A model generated the notes under the pieces. That model was not told the DNA's origin. It saw nothing but the letters and a program-made list of their open reading frames with translations, and searched no databases. Positions 53,701-64,000 of a stretch of DNA of 64,000 nt are shown piece after piece. Numbering within the stretch: the stretch's first letter is position 1; every line of letters begins with the position of its first letter. The position numbers were made by a program, and so were the translations under genes. Source of the stretch: the human T2T-CHM13v2.0 reference genome, Homo sapiens; the NCBI RefSeq assembly GCF_009914755.1, contig NC_060941.1; one strand, written 5' to 3'.

Positions 53701-56700
53701 TTCCTTTGAGAGTTCAGGTTTGAAACACTCTTTTTGTAGGATCTGCAAGTGGATATTTGGACCACTCTGTGGTCTTCGTTCGAAACGGGTACATCTTCGC
53801 ATAAAATCTAGACAGAAGCCTTCTCAGAAACTTCTCTGTGATGATTGCATTCAACTCACAGAGTTGAACCCTCCTATGGATAGAGCAGTGTTGAAACTCT
53901 CTTTTTGTGGAATCTGCAAGCGGATATGTGGACCTCTCCGAAGATGTCTTTGGCAACGGGAATATCTTCACATAAAAACTAAACAGAAGCATTCTCAGAA
54001 ACTTCTCTGTGATGTTTGTGTTCAACTCCCAGAGTTTCACATTGCTTCTCATAGAGTAGTTCCGAAACATGCTTTTCGTAGTGTCTGCAAGTGGACATTT
54101 GGAGCGCTTTCAGGCCTGTGGTGGAAAACGAATTATGGTCACATAAAAACTGGAGAGAAGCATTGTCAGAAACTTCTTTGTGATGATTGCATTCAAGTCA
54201 CAGAGTTGAAGGTTCCTTTTCAAAGAGCAGTTTCCAATCACTCTTTCTGTGGAATCTGCAAGTGGATATTTGGACCTCTTTGAAGATTTCGTTGGAAACG
54301 GGAGAATCTTCACAGAAAAGCTAAACAGAAGCATTCTCAGAAACTTCTTTGTGATGCTTGCATTCAACTCACAGAGTTGAACTTTCCTTTCGAGAGAGAA
54401 GCTTTGAAACAGTCTTTTTCCAGAATCTGCAAGTGGACATTTGGAGGGCTTTGAGGCCTGTGGTGGAAAAGGAATTATCTTCCCGTAAAAGCTAGATAGA
54501 AGCATTCTCAGAAACTACTTTGTGATGATTGCATTCAAGTCACAGAGTTGAACATTCCCTTTGACAGAGCAGTTTGGAAACTCTCTTTGTGTAGAATCTG
54601 CAAGTGGAGATATGGACCGCTTTGAGGACTATGGTAGTAAAGGAAATAGCTTCATATAAAAGCTAGACAGTAGCATTCACAGAAAACTCTTGGTGACGAC
54701 TGAGTTTAACTCACAGAGCTGAACATTCCTTTGGATGGAGCAGTTTCGAAACACACTATTTGTAGAATGTGCAAGTGGATATGTGGGCCTCTCTGAGGAT
54801 TTCGTTGGAAACGGGATAAACCGCACAGAACTAAACAGAAGCATTCTCAGAACCTTCTTCGTGATGTTTGCATTCAACTCACAGTGTTGAACCTTTCTTT
54901 GATAGTTCAGGTTTGAAACGGTCTTTCTGTAGAAACTGCAAGTAGATATTTGGACCTCTCTGAGGATTTCGTTGGAAACGGGATAAACCGCACAGAACTA
55001 AAACAGAAGCATTCTCAGAACCCTCTTCGTGATGTTTGCATTCAACCCACGGTGCTGAACCTTTCTTTGATAGTTCAGCTTTGAAACACTCTTTTTGTAG
55101 AAACTGCAAGTGGATATTTGGTCCTCTCTGAGGATTTCGTTGGAAACGGGATAAACCGCACAGAACTAAACAGAAGCATTCTCAGAACCTTCTTCGTGAT
55201 GTCTGCGTTCAACTCACAGTGTGGAACCTTTCTTTGATAGTTCAGGTTTGAAACACTCTTTTTGTAGAAACTGCAAGGGGATCATTGCACTTCTTTGAGG
55301 CCTACCGTAGTAAAGGAGATAACTTTCTACAAAAAGAAGACAGAAGCTTTCTCAGAAAATTCTTTGGGATGATTGAGTTGAGCAAACAGAGCTGAACAGT
55401 CCTTGTGATGTAGCAGTTTAGAAACACACTTTCTGCAGAATCTGCAAGTGCATATGTGGACCTCTCTGAGGAATTCGTTGGAAACGGGATAATTTCAGCT
55501 GACTAAACAGAAGCAGTCTCAGAATCTTCTTTGTGATGTTTGCATTCAAATCCCAGAGTTGAACTTTTCTTTCCAAGTTCACGTTTGAAACACTCTTTTT
55601 GCAGGATCTACAAGTGGATATTTGGACCACTCTGTGTCCTTCGTTCGAAACGGGTATATCTTCACATGACATCTAGACAGAAGCATTCTCAGAAGCTTCT
55701 CTGTGATGACTGCATTCAACTCACGGAGTTGAACACTCCTTTTGAGAGCGCAGTTTTGAAACTCTCTTTCTGTGGCATCTGCAAGGGGACATGTAGACCT
55801 CTTTGAAGATTTCATTGGAAACGGAATCATCTTCACATAAAAACTATACAGATGCATTCTCAGGAACTTTTTGGTGATGTTTGTATTCAACTCCCAGAGT
55901 TGAACTTTCCTTTGGAAAGAGCAGCTATGAAACACTCTTTTTCTAGAATCTGCAAGTGGACGTTTGGAGGGCTTTGTGGTTTGTGGTGGAAAAGGAAATA
56001 TCTTCACCTAAATACTAGATAGAAGCATTCTCAGAAACTGCTTTGTGATGATTGCATTCACCTCACAGAGTTGACCATTCCTATTGATAGAGCAGTTTGG
56101 AAACACTCTTGTTGTGGAATGTGCAAGTGGAGATTTGGAGCGCTTTGAGGCCTATGGTAGTAAAGGGAATAGCTTCATAGAAAAACTAGACAGAAGCATT
56201 CTCAGAAAATACTTTGTGATGATTGAGTTGAACTCACAGAGCTGAACATTCCTTTGGATGGAGCAGGTTTGAGACTCACTTTTTGTAGAATCTACAAGTG
56301 GATATTTGGACCTCTCTGAGGATTTCGTTGGAAACGGGATAACTGCACCTAACTAAACGGAAGCATTCTCAGAAACTTCTTGGTGATGTTTGCATTCAAA
56401 TCCCAGAGTTGAACCTTCCTTTGAGAGTTCAGGTTTGAAACACTCTTTTTGTAGGATCTGCAAGTGGATATTTGGACCACTCTGTGCCCTTCGTTCGAAA
56501 CGGGTACATCTTCGCATAAAATCTAGACAGAAGCCTTCTCAGAAACTTCTCTGTGATGATTGCATTCAACTCACAGAGTTGAACCCTCCTATGGATAGAG
56601 CAGTGTTGAAACTCTCTTTTTGTGGAATCTGCAAGCGGATATGTGGACCTCTCCGAAGATGTCTTTGGCAACGGGAATATCTTCACATAAAAACTAAACA

Positions 56701-59700
56701 GAAGCATTCTCAGAAACTTCTCTGTGATGTTTGTGTTCAACTCCCAGAGTTTCACATTGCTTCTCATAGAGTAGTTCTGAAACATGCTTTTCGTAGTGTC
56801 TGCAAGTGGACATTTGGAGCGCTTTCAGGCCTGTGGTGGAAAACGAATTATGGTCACATAAAAACTGGAGAGAAGCATTGTCAGAAACTTCTTTGTGATG
56901 ATTGCATTCAAGTCACAGAGTTGAAGGTTCCTTTTCAAAGAGCAGTTTCCAATCACTCTTTCTGTGGAATCTGCAAGTGGATATTTGGACCTCTTTGAAG
57001 ATTTCGTTGGAAACGGGAGAATCTTCACAGAAAAGCTAAACAGAAGCATTCTCAGAAACTTCTTTGTGATGCTTGCATTCAACTCACAGAGTTGAACTTT
57101 CCTTTCGAGAGAGAAGCTTTGAAACACTCTTTTTCCAGAATCTGCAAGTGGACATTTGGAGGGCTTTGAGGCCTGTGGTGGAAAAGGAATTATCTTCCCG
57201 TAAAAGCTAGATAGAAGCATTCTCAGAAACTACTTTGTGATGATTGCATTCAAGTCACAGAGTTGAACATTCCCTTTGACAGAGCAGTTTGGAAACTCTC
57301 TTTGTGTAGAATCTGCAAGTGGAGATATGGACCGCTTTGAGGCCTATGGTAGTAAAGGAAATAGCTTCATATAAAAGCTAGACAGTAGCATTCACAGAAA
57401 ACTCTTGGTGACGACTGAGTTTAACTCACAGAGCTGAACATTCCTTTGGATGGAGCAGTTTCGAAACACACTATTTGTAGAATGTGCAAGTGGATATGTG
57501 GGCCTCTCTGAGGATTTCGTTGGAAACGGGATAAACCGCACAGAACTAAACAGAAGCATTCTCAGAACCTTCTTCGTGATGTTTGCATTCAACTCACAGT
57601 GTTGAACCTTTCTTTGATAGTTCAGGTTTGAAACGGTCTTTCTGTAGAAACTGCAAGTAGATATTTGGACCTCTCTGAGGATTTCGCTGGAAACGGGATA
57701 AACCGCACACAACTAAAACAGAAGCATTCTCAGAACCTTCTTCGTGATGTCTGCATTCAACTCACGGTGCTGAACCTTTCTTTGATAGTTCAGCTTTGAA
57801 ACACTCTTTTTGTAGAAACTGCAAGTGGATATTTGGTCCTCTCTGAGGATTTCGTTGGAAACGGGATAAACCGCACAGAACTAAACAGAAGCATTCTCAG
57901 AACCTTCTTCGTGATGTCTGCATTCAACTCACAGTGTGGAACCTTTCTTTGATAGTTCAGGTTTGAAACACTCTTTTTGTAGAAACTGCAAGGGGATCAT
58001 TGCACTTCTTTGAGGCCTACCGTAGTAAAGGAGATAACTTCCTATAAAAAGAAGACAGAAGCTTTCTCAGAAAATTCTTTGGGATGATTGAGTTGAACTC
58101 ACAGAGCTGAGCATTCCTTGTGATGTAGCAGTTTAGAAACACACTTTCTGCAGAATATGCAAGTGCATATGTGGACCTCTCTGAGGAATTCGTTGGAAAC
58201 GGGATAATTTCAGCTGACTAAACAGAAGCAGTCTCAGAATGTTCTTTGTGATGTTTGCATTCAAATCCCAGAGTTGAACTTTCCTTTCCAAGTTGACGTT
58301 TGAAACACTCTTTTTGCAGGATCTACAAGTGGATATTTGGACCACTCTGTGTCCTTCGTTCGAAACGGGTATATCTTCACATGACATCTAGACAGAAGCA
58401 TTCTCAGAAGCTTCTCTGTGATGACTGCATTCAACTCACGGAGTTGAACACTCCTTTTGAGAGCGCAGTTTTGAAACTCTCTTTCTGTGGCATCTGCAAG
58501 GGGACATGTAGACCTCTTTGAAGATTTCGTTGGAAACGGAATCATCTTCACATAAAAACTATACAGATGCATTCTCAGGAACTTTTTGGTGATGTTTGTA
58601 TTCAACTCCCAGAGTTGAACTTTCCTTTGGAAAGAGCAGCTATGAAACACTCTTTTTCTAGAATCTGCAAGTGGACGTTTGGAGGGCTTTGTGGTTTGTG
58701 GTGGAAAAGGAAATATCTTCACCTAAATACTAGATAGAAGCATTCTCAGAAACTGCTTTGTGATGATTGCATTCACCTCACAGAGTTGAACATTCCTATT
58801 GATAGAGCAGTTTGGAAACACTCTTGTTGTGGAATGTGCAAGTGGAGATTTGGAGCGCTTTGAGGCCTATGGTAGTAAAGGGAATAGCTTCATAGAAAAA
58901 CTAGACAGAAGCATTCTCAGAAAATACTTTGTGATGATTGAGTTGAACTCACAGAGCTGAACATTCCTTTGGATGGAGCAGGTTTGAGACACACTTTTTG
59001 TAGAATCTACAAGTGGATATTTGGACCTCTCTGAGGATTTCGTTGGAAACGGGATAACTGCACCTAACTAAACGGAAGCATTCTCAGAAACTTCTTGGTG
59101 ATGTTTGCATTCAAACCCCAGAGTTGAACCTTCCTTTGATAGTTCAGGTTTGAAACACTCTTTTTGTAGGATCTGCAAGTGGATATTTGGACCACTCTGT
59201 GGCCTTCGTTTGAAACGGGTATATCTTCACATGACATCTAGACAGAAGCATTCTCAGAAGCTTCTCTGTGATGACTGCATTCAACTCACGGAGTTGAACA
59301 CTCCTTTTGAGAGCGCAGTTTTGAAACTCTCTTTCTGTGGCATCTGCAAGGGGACATGTAGACCTCTTTGAAGATTTCGTTGGAAACGGAATCATCTTCA
59401 CATAAAAACTATACAGATGCATTCTCAGGAACTTTTTGGTGATGTTTGTATCCAACTCCCAGAGTTGAACTTTCCTTTGGGAAGAGCAGCTATGAAACAC
59501 TCTTTTTCTAGAATCTGCAAGTGGACATTTGGAGGGCTTTGAGGCCTGTGGTGGAAAAGGTATTATCTTCCCGTAAAAGCTAGATAGAAGCATTCTCAGA
59601 AACTACTTTGTGATGATTGCATTCAAGTCACAGAGTTGAACATTCCCTTTGACAGAGCAGTTTGGAAACTCTCTTTGTGTAGAATCTGCAAGTGGAGATA

Positions 59701-62700
59701 TGGACCGCTTTGAGGCCTATGGTAGTAAAGGAAATAGCTTCATATAAAAGCTAGACAGTAGCTTTCACAGAAAACTCTTGGTGACGACTGAGTTTAACTC
59801 ACAGAGCTGAACATTCCTTTGGATGGAGCAGTTTCGAAACACACTATTTGTAGAATGTGCAAGTGGATATGTGGGCCTCTCTGAGGATTTCGTTGGAAAC
59901 GGGATAAACCGCCCAGAACTAAACAGAAGCATTCTCAGAACCTTCTTCGTGATGTTTGCATTCAACTCACAGTGTTGAACCTTTCTTTGATAGTTCAGGT
60001 TTGAAACGGTCTTTCTGTAGAAACTGCAAGTAGATATTTGGACCTCTCTGAGGATTTCGTTGGAAACGGGATAAACCGCACAGAACTAAAACAGAAGCAT
60101 TCTCAGAACCCTCTTCGTGATGTTTGCATTCAACCCACGGTGCTGAACCTTTCTTTGATAGTTCAGCTTTGAAACACTCTTTTTGTAGAAACTGCAAGTG
60201 GATATTTGGTCCTCTATGAGGATTTCGTTGGAAACGGGATAAACCGCACAGAACTAAACAGAAGCATTCTCAGAACCTTCTTCGTGATGTCTGCGTTCAA
60301 CTCACAGTGTGGAACCTTTCTTTGATAGTTCAGGTTTGAAACACTCTTTTTGTAGAAACTGCAAGGGGATCATTGCACTTCTTTGAGGCCTACCGTAGTA
60401 AAGGAGATAACTTCCTACAAAAAGAAGACAGAAGCTTTCTCAGAAAATTCTTTGGGATGATTGAGTTGAGCAAACAGAGCTGAACACTCCTTGTGATGTA
60501 GCAGTTTAGAAACACACTTTCTGCAGAATCTGCAAGTGCATATGTGGACCTCTCTGAGGAATTCGTTGGAAACGGGATAATTTCAGCTGACTAAACAGAA
60601 GTAGTCTCAGAATCTTCTTTGTGATGTTTGCATTCAAATCCCTGAGTTGAACTTTCCTTTCCAAGTTCACGTTTGGAACACTCTTTTTGCAGGATCTACA
60701 AGTGGATATTTGGACCACTCTGTGTCCTTCGTTCGAAACGGGTATATCTTCACATGACATCTAGACAGAAGCATTCTCAGAAGCTTCTCTGTGATGACTG
60801 CATTCAACTCACGGAGTTGAACACTCCTTTTGAGAGCGCAGTTTTGAAACTCTCTTTCTGTGGCATCCGCAAGGGGACATGTAGACCTCTTTGAAGATTT
60901 CGTTGGAAACGGAATCATCTTCACATCAAAACTATACAGATGCATTCTCAGGAACTTTTTGGTGATGTTTGTATTCAACTCCCAGAGTTGAACTTTCCTT
61001 TGGAAAGAGCAGCTATGAAACACTCTTTTTCTAGAATCTGCAAGTGGACGTTTGGAGGGCTTTGTGGTTTGTGGTGGAAAAGGAAATATCTTCACCTAAA
61101 TACTAGATAGAAGCATTCTCAGAAACTGCTTTGTGATGATTGCATTCACCTCACAGAGTTGAACATTCCTATTGATAGAGCAGTTTGGAAACACTCTTGT
61201 TGTGGAATGTGCAAGTGGAGATTTGGAGCGCTTTGAGGCCTATGGTAGTAAAGGGAATAGCTTCATAGAAAAACTAGACAGAAGCATTCTCAGAAAATAC
61301 TTTGTGATGATTGAGTTGAACTCACAGAGCTGAACATTCCTTTGGATGGAGCAGGTTTGAGACACACTTTTTGTAGAATCTACAAGTGGATATTTGGACC
61401 TCTCTGAGGATTTCGTTGGAAACGGGATAACTGCACCTAACTAAACGGAAGCATTCTCAGAAACTTCTTGGTGATGTTTGCATTCAAATCCCAGAGTTGA
61501 ACCTTCCTTTGAGAGTTCAGGTTTGAAACACTCTTTTTGTAGGATCTGCAAGTGGATATTTGGACCACTCTGTGGCCTTCGTTCGAAACGGGTACATCTT
61601 CGCATAAAATCTAGACAGAAGCCTTCTCAGAAACTTCTCTGTGATGATTGCATTCAACTCACAGAGTTGAACCCTCCTATGGATAGAGCAGTGTTGAAAC
61701 TCTCTTTTTGTGGAATCTGCAAGCGGATATGTGGACCTCTCCGAAGATGTCTTTGGAAACGGGAATATCTTCACATAAAAACTAAACAGAAGCATTCTCA
61801 GAAACTTCTCTGTGATGTTTGTGTTCAACTCCCAGAGTTTCACATTGCTTCTCATAGAGTAGTTCTGAAACATGCTTTTCGTAGTGTCTGCAAGTGGACA
61901 TTTGGAGCGCTTTCAGGCCTGTGGTGGAAAACGAATTATGGTCACATAAAAACTGGAGAGAAGCATTGTCAGAAACTTCTTTGTGATGATTGCATACAAG
62001 TCACAGAGTTGAAGGTTCCTTTTCAAAGAGCAGTTTCCAATCACTCTTTCTGTGGAATCTGCAAGTGGATATTTGGACCTCTTTGAAGATTTCGTTGGAA
62101 ACGGGAGAATCTTCACAGAAAAGCTAAACAGAAGCATTCTCAGAAACTTCTTTGTGATGCTTGCATTCAACTCACAGAGTTGAACTTTCCTTTCGAGAGA
62201 GAAGCTTTGAAACACTCTTTTTCCAGAATCTGCAAGTGGACATTCGGAGGGCTTTGAGGCCTGTGGTGGAAAAGGAATTTTCTTCCCGTAAAAGCTAGAT
62301 AGAAGCATTCTCAGAAACTACTTTGTGATGATTGCATTCAAGTCACAGAGTTGAACATTCCCTTTGACAGAGCAGTTTGGAAACTCTCTTTGTGTAGAAT
62401 CTGCAAGTGGAGATATGGACCGCTTTGAGGCCTATGGTAGTAAAGGAAATAGCTTCATATAAAAGCTAGACAGCAGCATTCACAGAAAACTCTTGGTGAC
62501 GACTGAGTTTAACTCACAGAACTGAACATTCCTTTGGATGGAGCAGTTTCGAAACACACTATTTGTAGAATGTGCAAGTGGATATGTGGGCCTCTCTGAG
62601 GATTTCGTTGGAAACGGGATAAACCGCACAGAACTAAACAGAAGCATTCTCAGAACCTTCTTCGTGATGTTTGCATTCAACTCACAGTGTTGAACCTTTC

Positions 62701-64000
62701 TTTGATAGTTCAGGTTTGAAACGGTCTTTCTGTAGAAACTGCAAGTAGATATTTGGCCCTCTCTGAGGATTTCGTTGGAAACGGGATAAACCGCACAGAA
62801 CTAAAACAGAAGCATTCTCAGAACCCTCTTCGTGATGTTTGCATTCAATTCACGGTGCTGAAACTTTCTTTGATAGTTCAGCTTTGAAACACTCTTTTTG
62901 TAGAAACTGCAAGTGGATATTTGGTCCTCTCTGAGGATTTCGTTGGAAACGGGATAAACCGCACAGAACTATACAGAAGCATTCTCAGAACCTTCTTCGT
63001 GATGTCTGCATTCAACTCACAGTGTGGAACCTTTCTTTGATAGTTCAGGTTTGAAACACTCTTTTTGTAGAAACTGCAAGGGGATCATTGCACTTCTTTG
63101 AGGCCTACCGTAGTAAAGGAAATAACTTCCTATAAAAAGAAGACAGAAGCTTTCTCAGAAAATTCTTTGGGATGATTGAGTGGAGCAAACAGAGCTGAAC
63201 ACTCCTTGCGATGTAGCAGTTTAGAAACACCCTTTCTGCAGAATCTGCAAGTGCATATGTGGACCTCTCTGAGGAATTCGTTGGAAACGGGATAATTTCA
63301 GCTGACTAAACAGAAGCAGTCTCAGAATCTTCTTTGTGATGTTAGCATTCAAATCCCAGAGTTGAACTTTCCTTTCAAAGTTCACGTTTGAAACACTCTT
63401 TTTGCAGGATCTACAAGTGGATATTTGGACCACTCTGTGTCCTTCGTTCGAAACGGGTATATCTTCACATGACATCTAGACAGAAGCATTCTCAGAAGCT
63501 TCTCTGTGATGACTGCATTCAACTCACGGAGTTGAACACTCCTTTTGAGAGCGCAGTTTTGTAACTCTCTTTCTGTGGCATCTGCAAGGGGACATGTAGA
63601 CCTCTCTGAAGATTTCGTTGGAAACGGAATCATCTTCACATAAAAACTATACAGATGCATTCTCAGGAACTTTTTGGTGATGTTTGTATTCAACTCCCAG
63701 AGTTGAACTTTCCTTTGGAAAGAGCAGCTATGAAACACTCTTTTTCTAGAATCTGCAAGTGGACGTTTGGAGGGCTTTGTGGTTTGTGGTGGAAAAGGAA
63801 ATATCTTCACCTAAATACTAGATAGAAGCATTCTCAGAAATTGCTTTGTGATGATTGCATTCACCTCACAGAGTTGAACATTCCTATTGATAGAGCAGTT
63901 TGGAAACACTCTTGTTGTGGAATGTGCAAGTGGAGATTTGGAGCGCTTTGAGGCCTATGGTAGTAAAGGGAATAGCTTCATAGAAAAACTAGACAGAAGC
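50741..64000 (+). repeat. Near-identical direct duplicate of 1-13260 (50,740-bp super-period)
   Basis: Unit-private SNPs and the ORF track of units 1-5 recur in order at +50,740 (220 to 50960, 8365 to 59105, 12642 to 63382). One difference seen: T11520 vs C62260. Confidence 0.95.
58886..61258 (+). repeat. Second copy of the chimeric 2373-bp 14-mer HOR
   Basis: It has the same junctions and private SNPs (TCAAACCCCA, GTATCCAAC, TTGGGAAGAG, AAGGTATT, GCCCAGAAC) as 8146-10518, offset by 50,740 bp. Confidence 0.95.

Larger units (their letters stand above)
1..64000 (+). repeat. D17Z1: Centromeric alpha-satellite HOR array, SF3 16-mer, most likely human chr17 D17Z1
   Basis: Monomers of 167-171 bp start with the CATTCTCAGAAA-type motif and carry CENP-B boxes (TTTCGTTGGAAACGGGA). 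The HOR period is 2715 bp, with homologous ORFs at 220, 2935, 5650 and onward. Most units have an EcoRI site in m12, and 15-mer and 14-mer variants occur. A 2.7-kb pentamer-derived 16-mer with these variants is the known D17Z1 organisation. Alpha-satellite identity is essentially certain, and the chr17 assignment is from recognition. Confidence 0.93.

Noticed and set aside
259-63810. Minus-strand ORFs of 64-153 aa
   Set aside because: These are chance open frames in satellite DNA that overlap on both strands and appear or vanish with single SNPs. They are useful only as haplotype markers.
1-64000. CRISPR-like array of a conserved motif with intervening segments
   Set aside because: The intervening segments are homologous monomer bodies repeated every HOR, not unique spacers. 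There are no cas genes or leader.
1-64000. Transposon insertion (L1/Alu) or inversion within the array
   Set aside because: Unit spacing is fully explained by whole monomers. I saw no poly-A tail, foreign sequence or strand switch.
1-64000. Assignment to other SF3 arrays (DXZ1 12-mer, D11Z1 5-mer, chr1 11-mer) or to D17Z1-B/C 14-mers
   Set aside because: The dominant period is 16 monomers (2715 bp), and the 14-mers here are direct derivatives of that same 16-mer.

Overview
The whole window is primate centromeric alpha-satellite, head-to-tail in one orientation, with no genes or mobile elements. About 171-bp monomers form a 16-monomer, 2715-bp higher-order repeat (HOR) with pentameric (SF3, W1-W5) substructure. 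This best matches the human chromosome 17 D17Z1 array, recognised from its structure and not from a database search. There are 24 HOR copies, starting at 1, 2716, 5431, 8146, 10519, 13234, 15949, 18664, 21379, 24094, 26809, 29524, 32239, 34954, 37669, 40049, 42764, 45479, 48026, 50741, 53456, 56171, 58886 and 61259. Twenty are 2715-bp 16-mers. The others are a 2547-bp 15-mer, a 2380-bp 14-mer and two copies of a chimeric 2373-bp 14-mer. Bases 1-13260 recur almost identically at 50741-64000, giving a 50,740-bp (19-HOR, 299-monomer) super-period. The ORFs are artefacts of translating satellite DNA. I found no new gene system. The interesting signal is the array architecture and its recombination history. 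Monomer labels m1-m16 are my own, counted from the window start.
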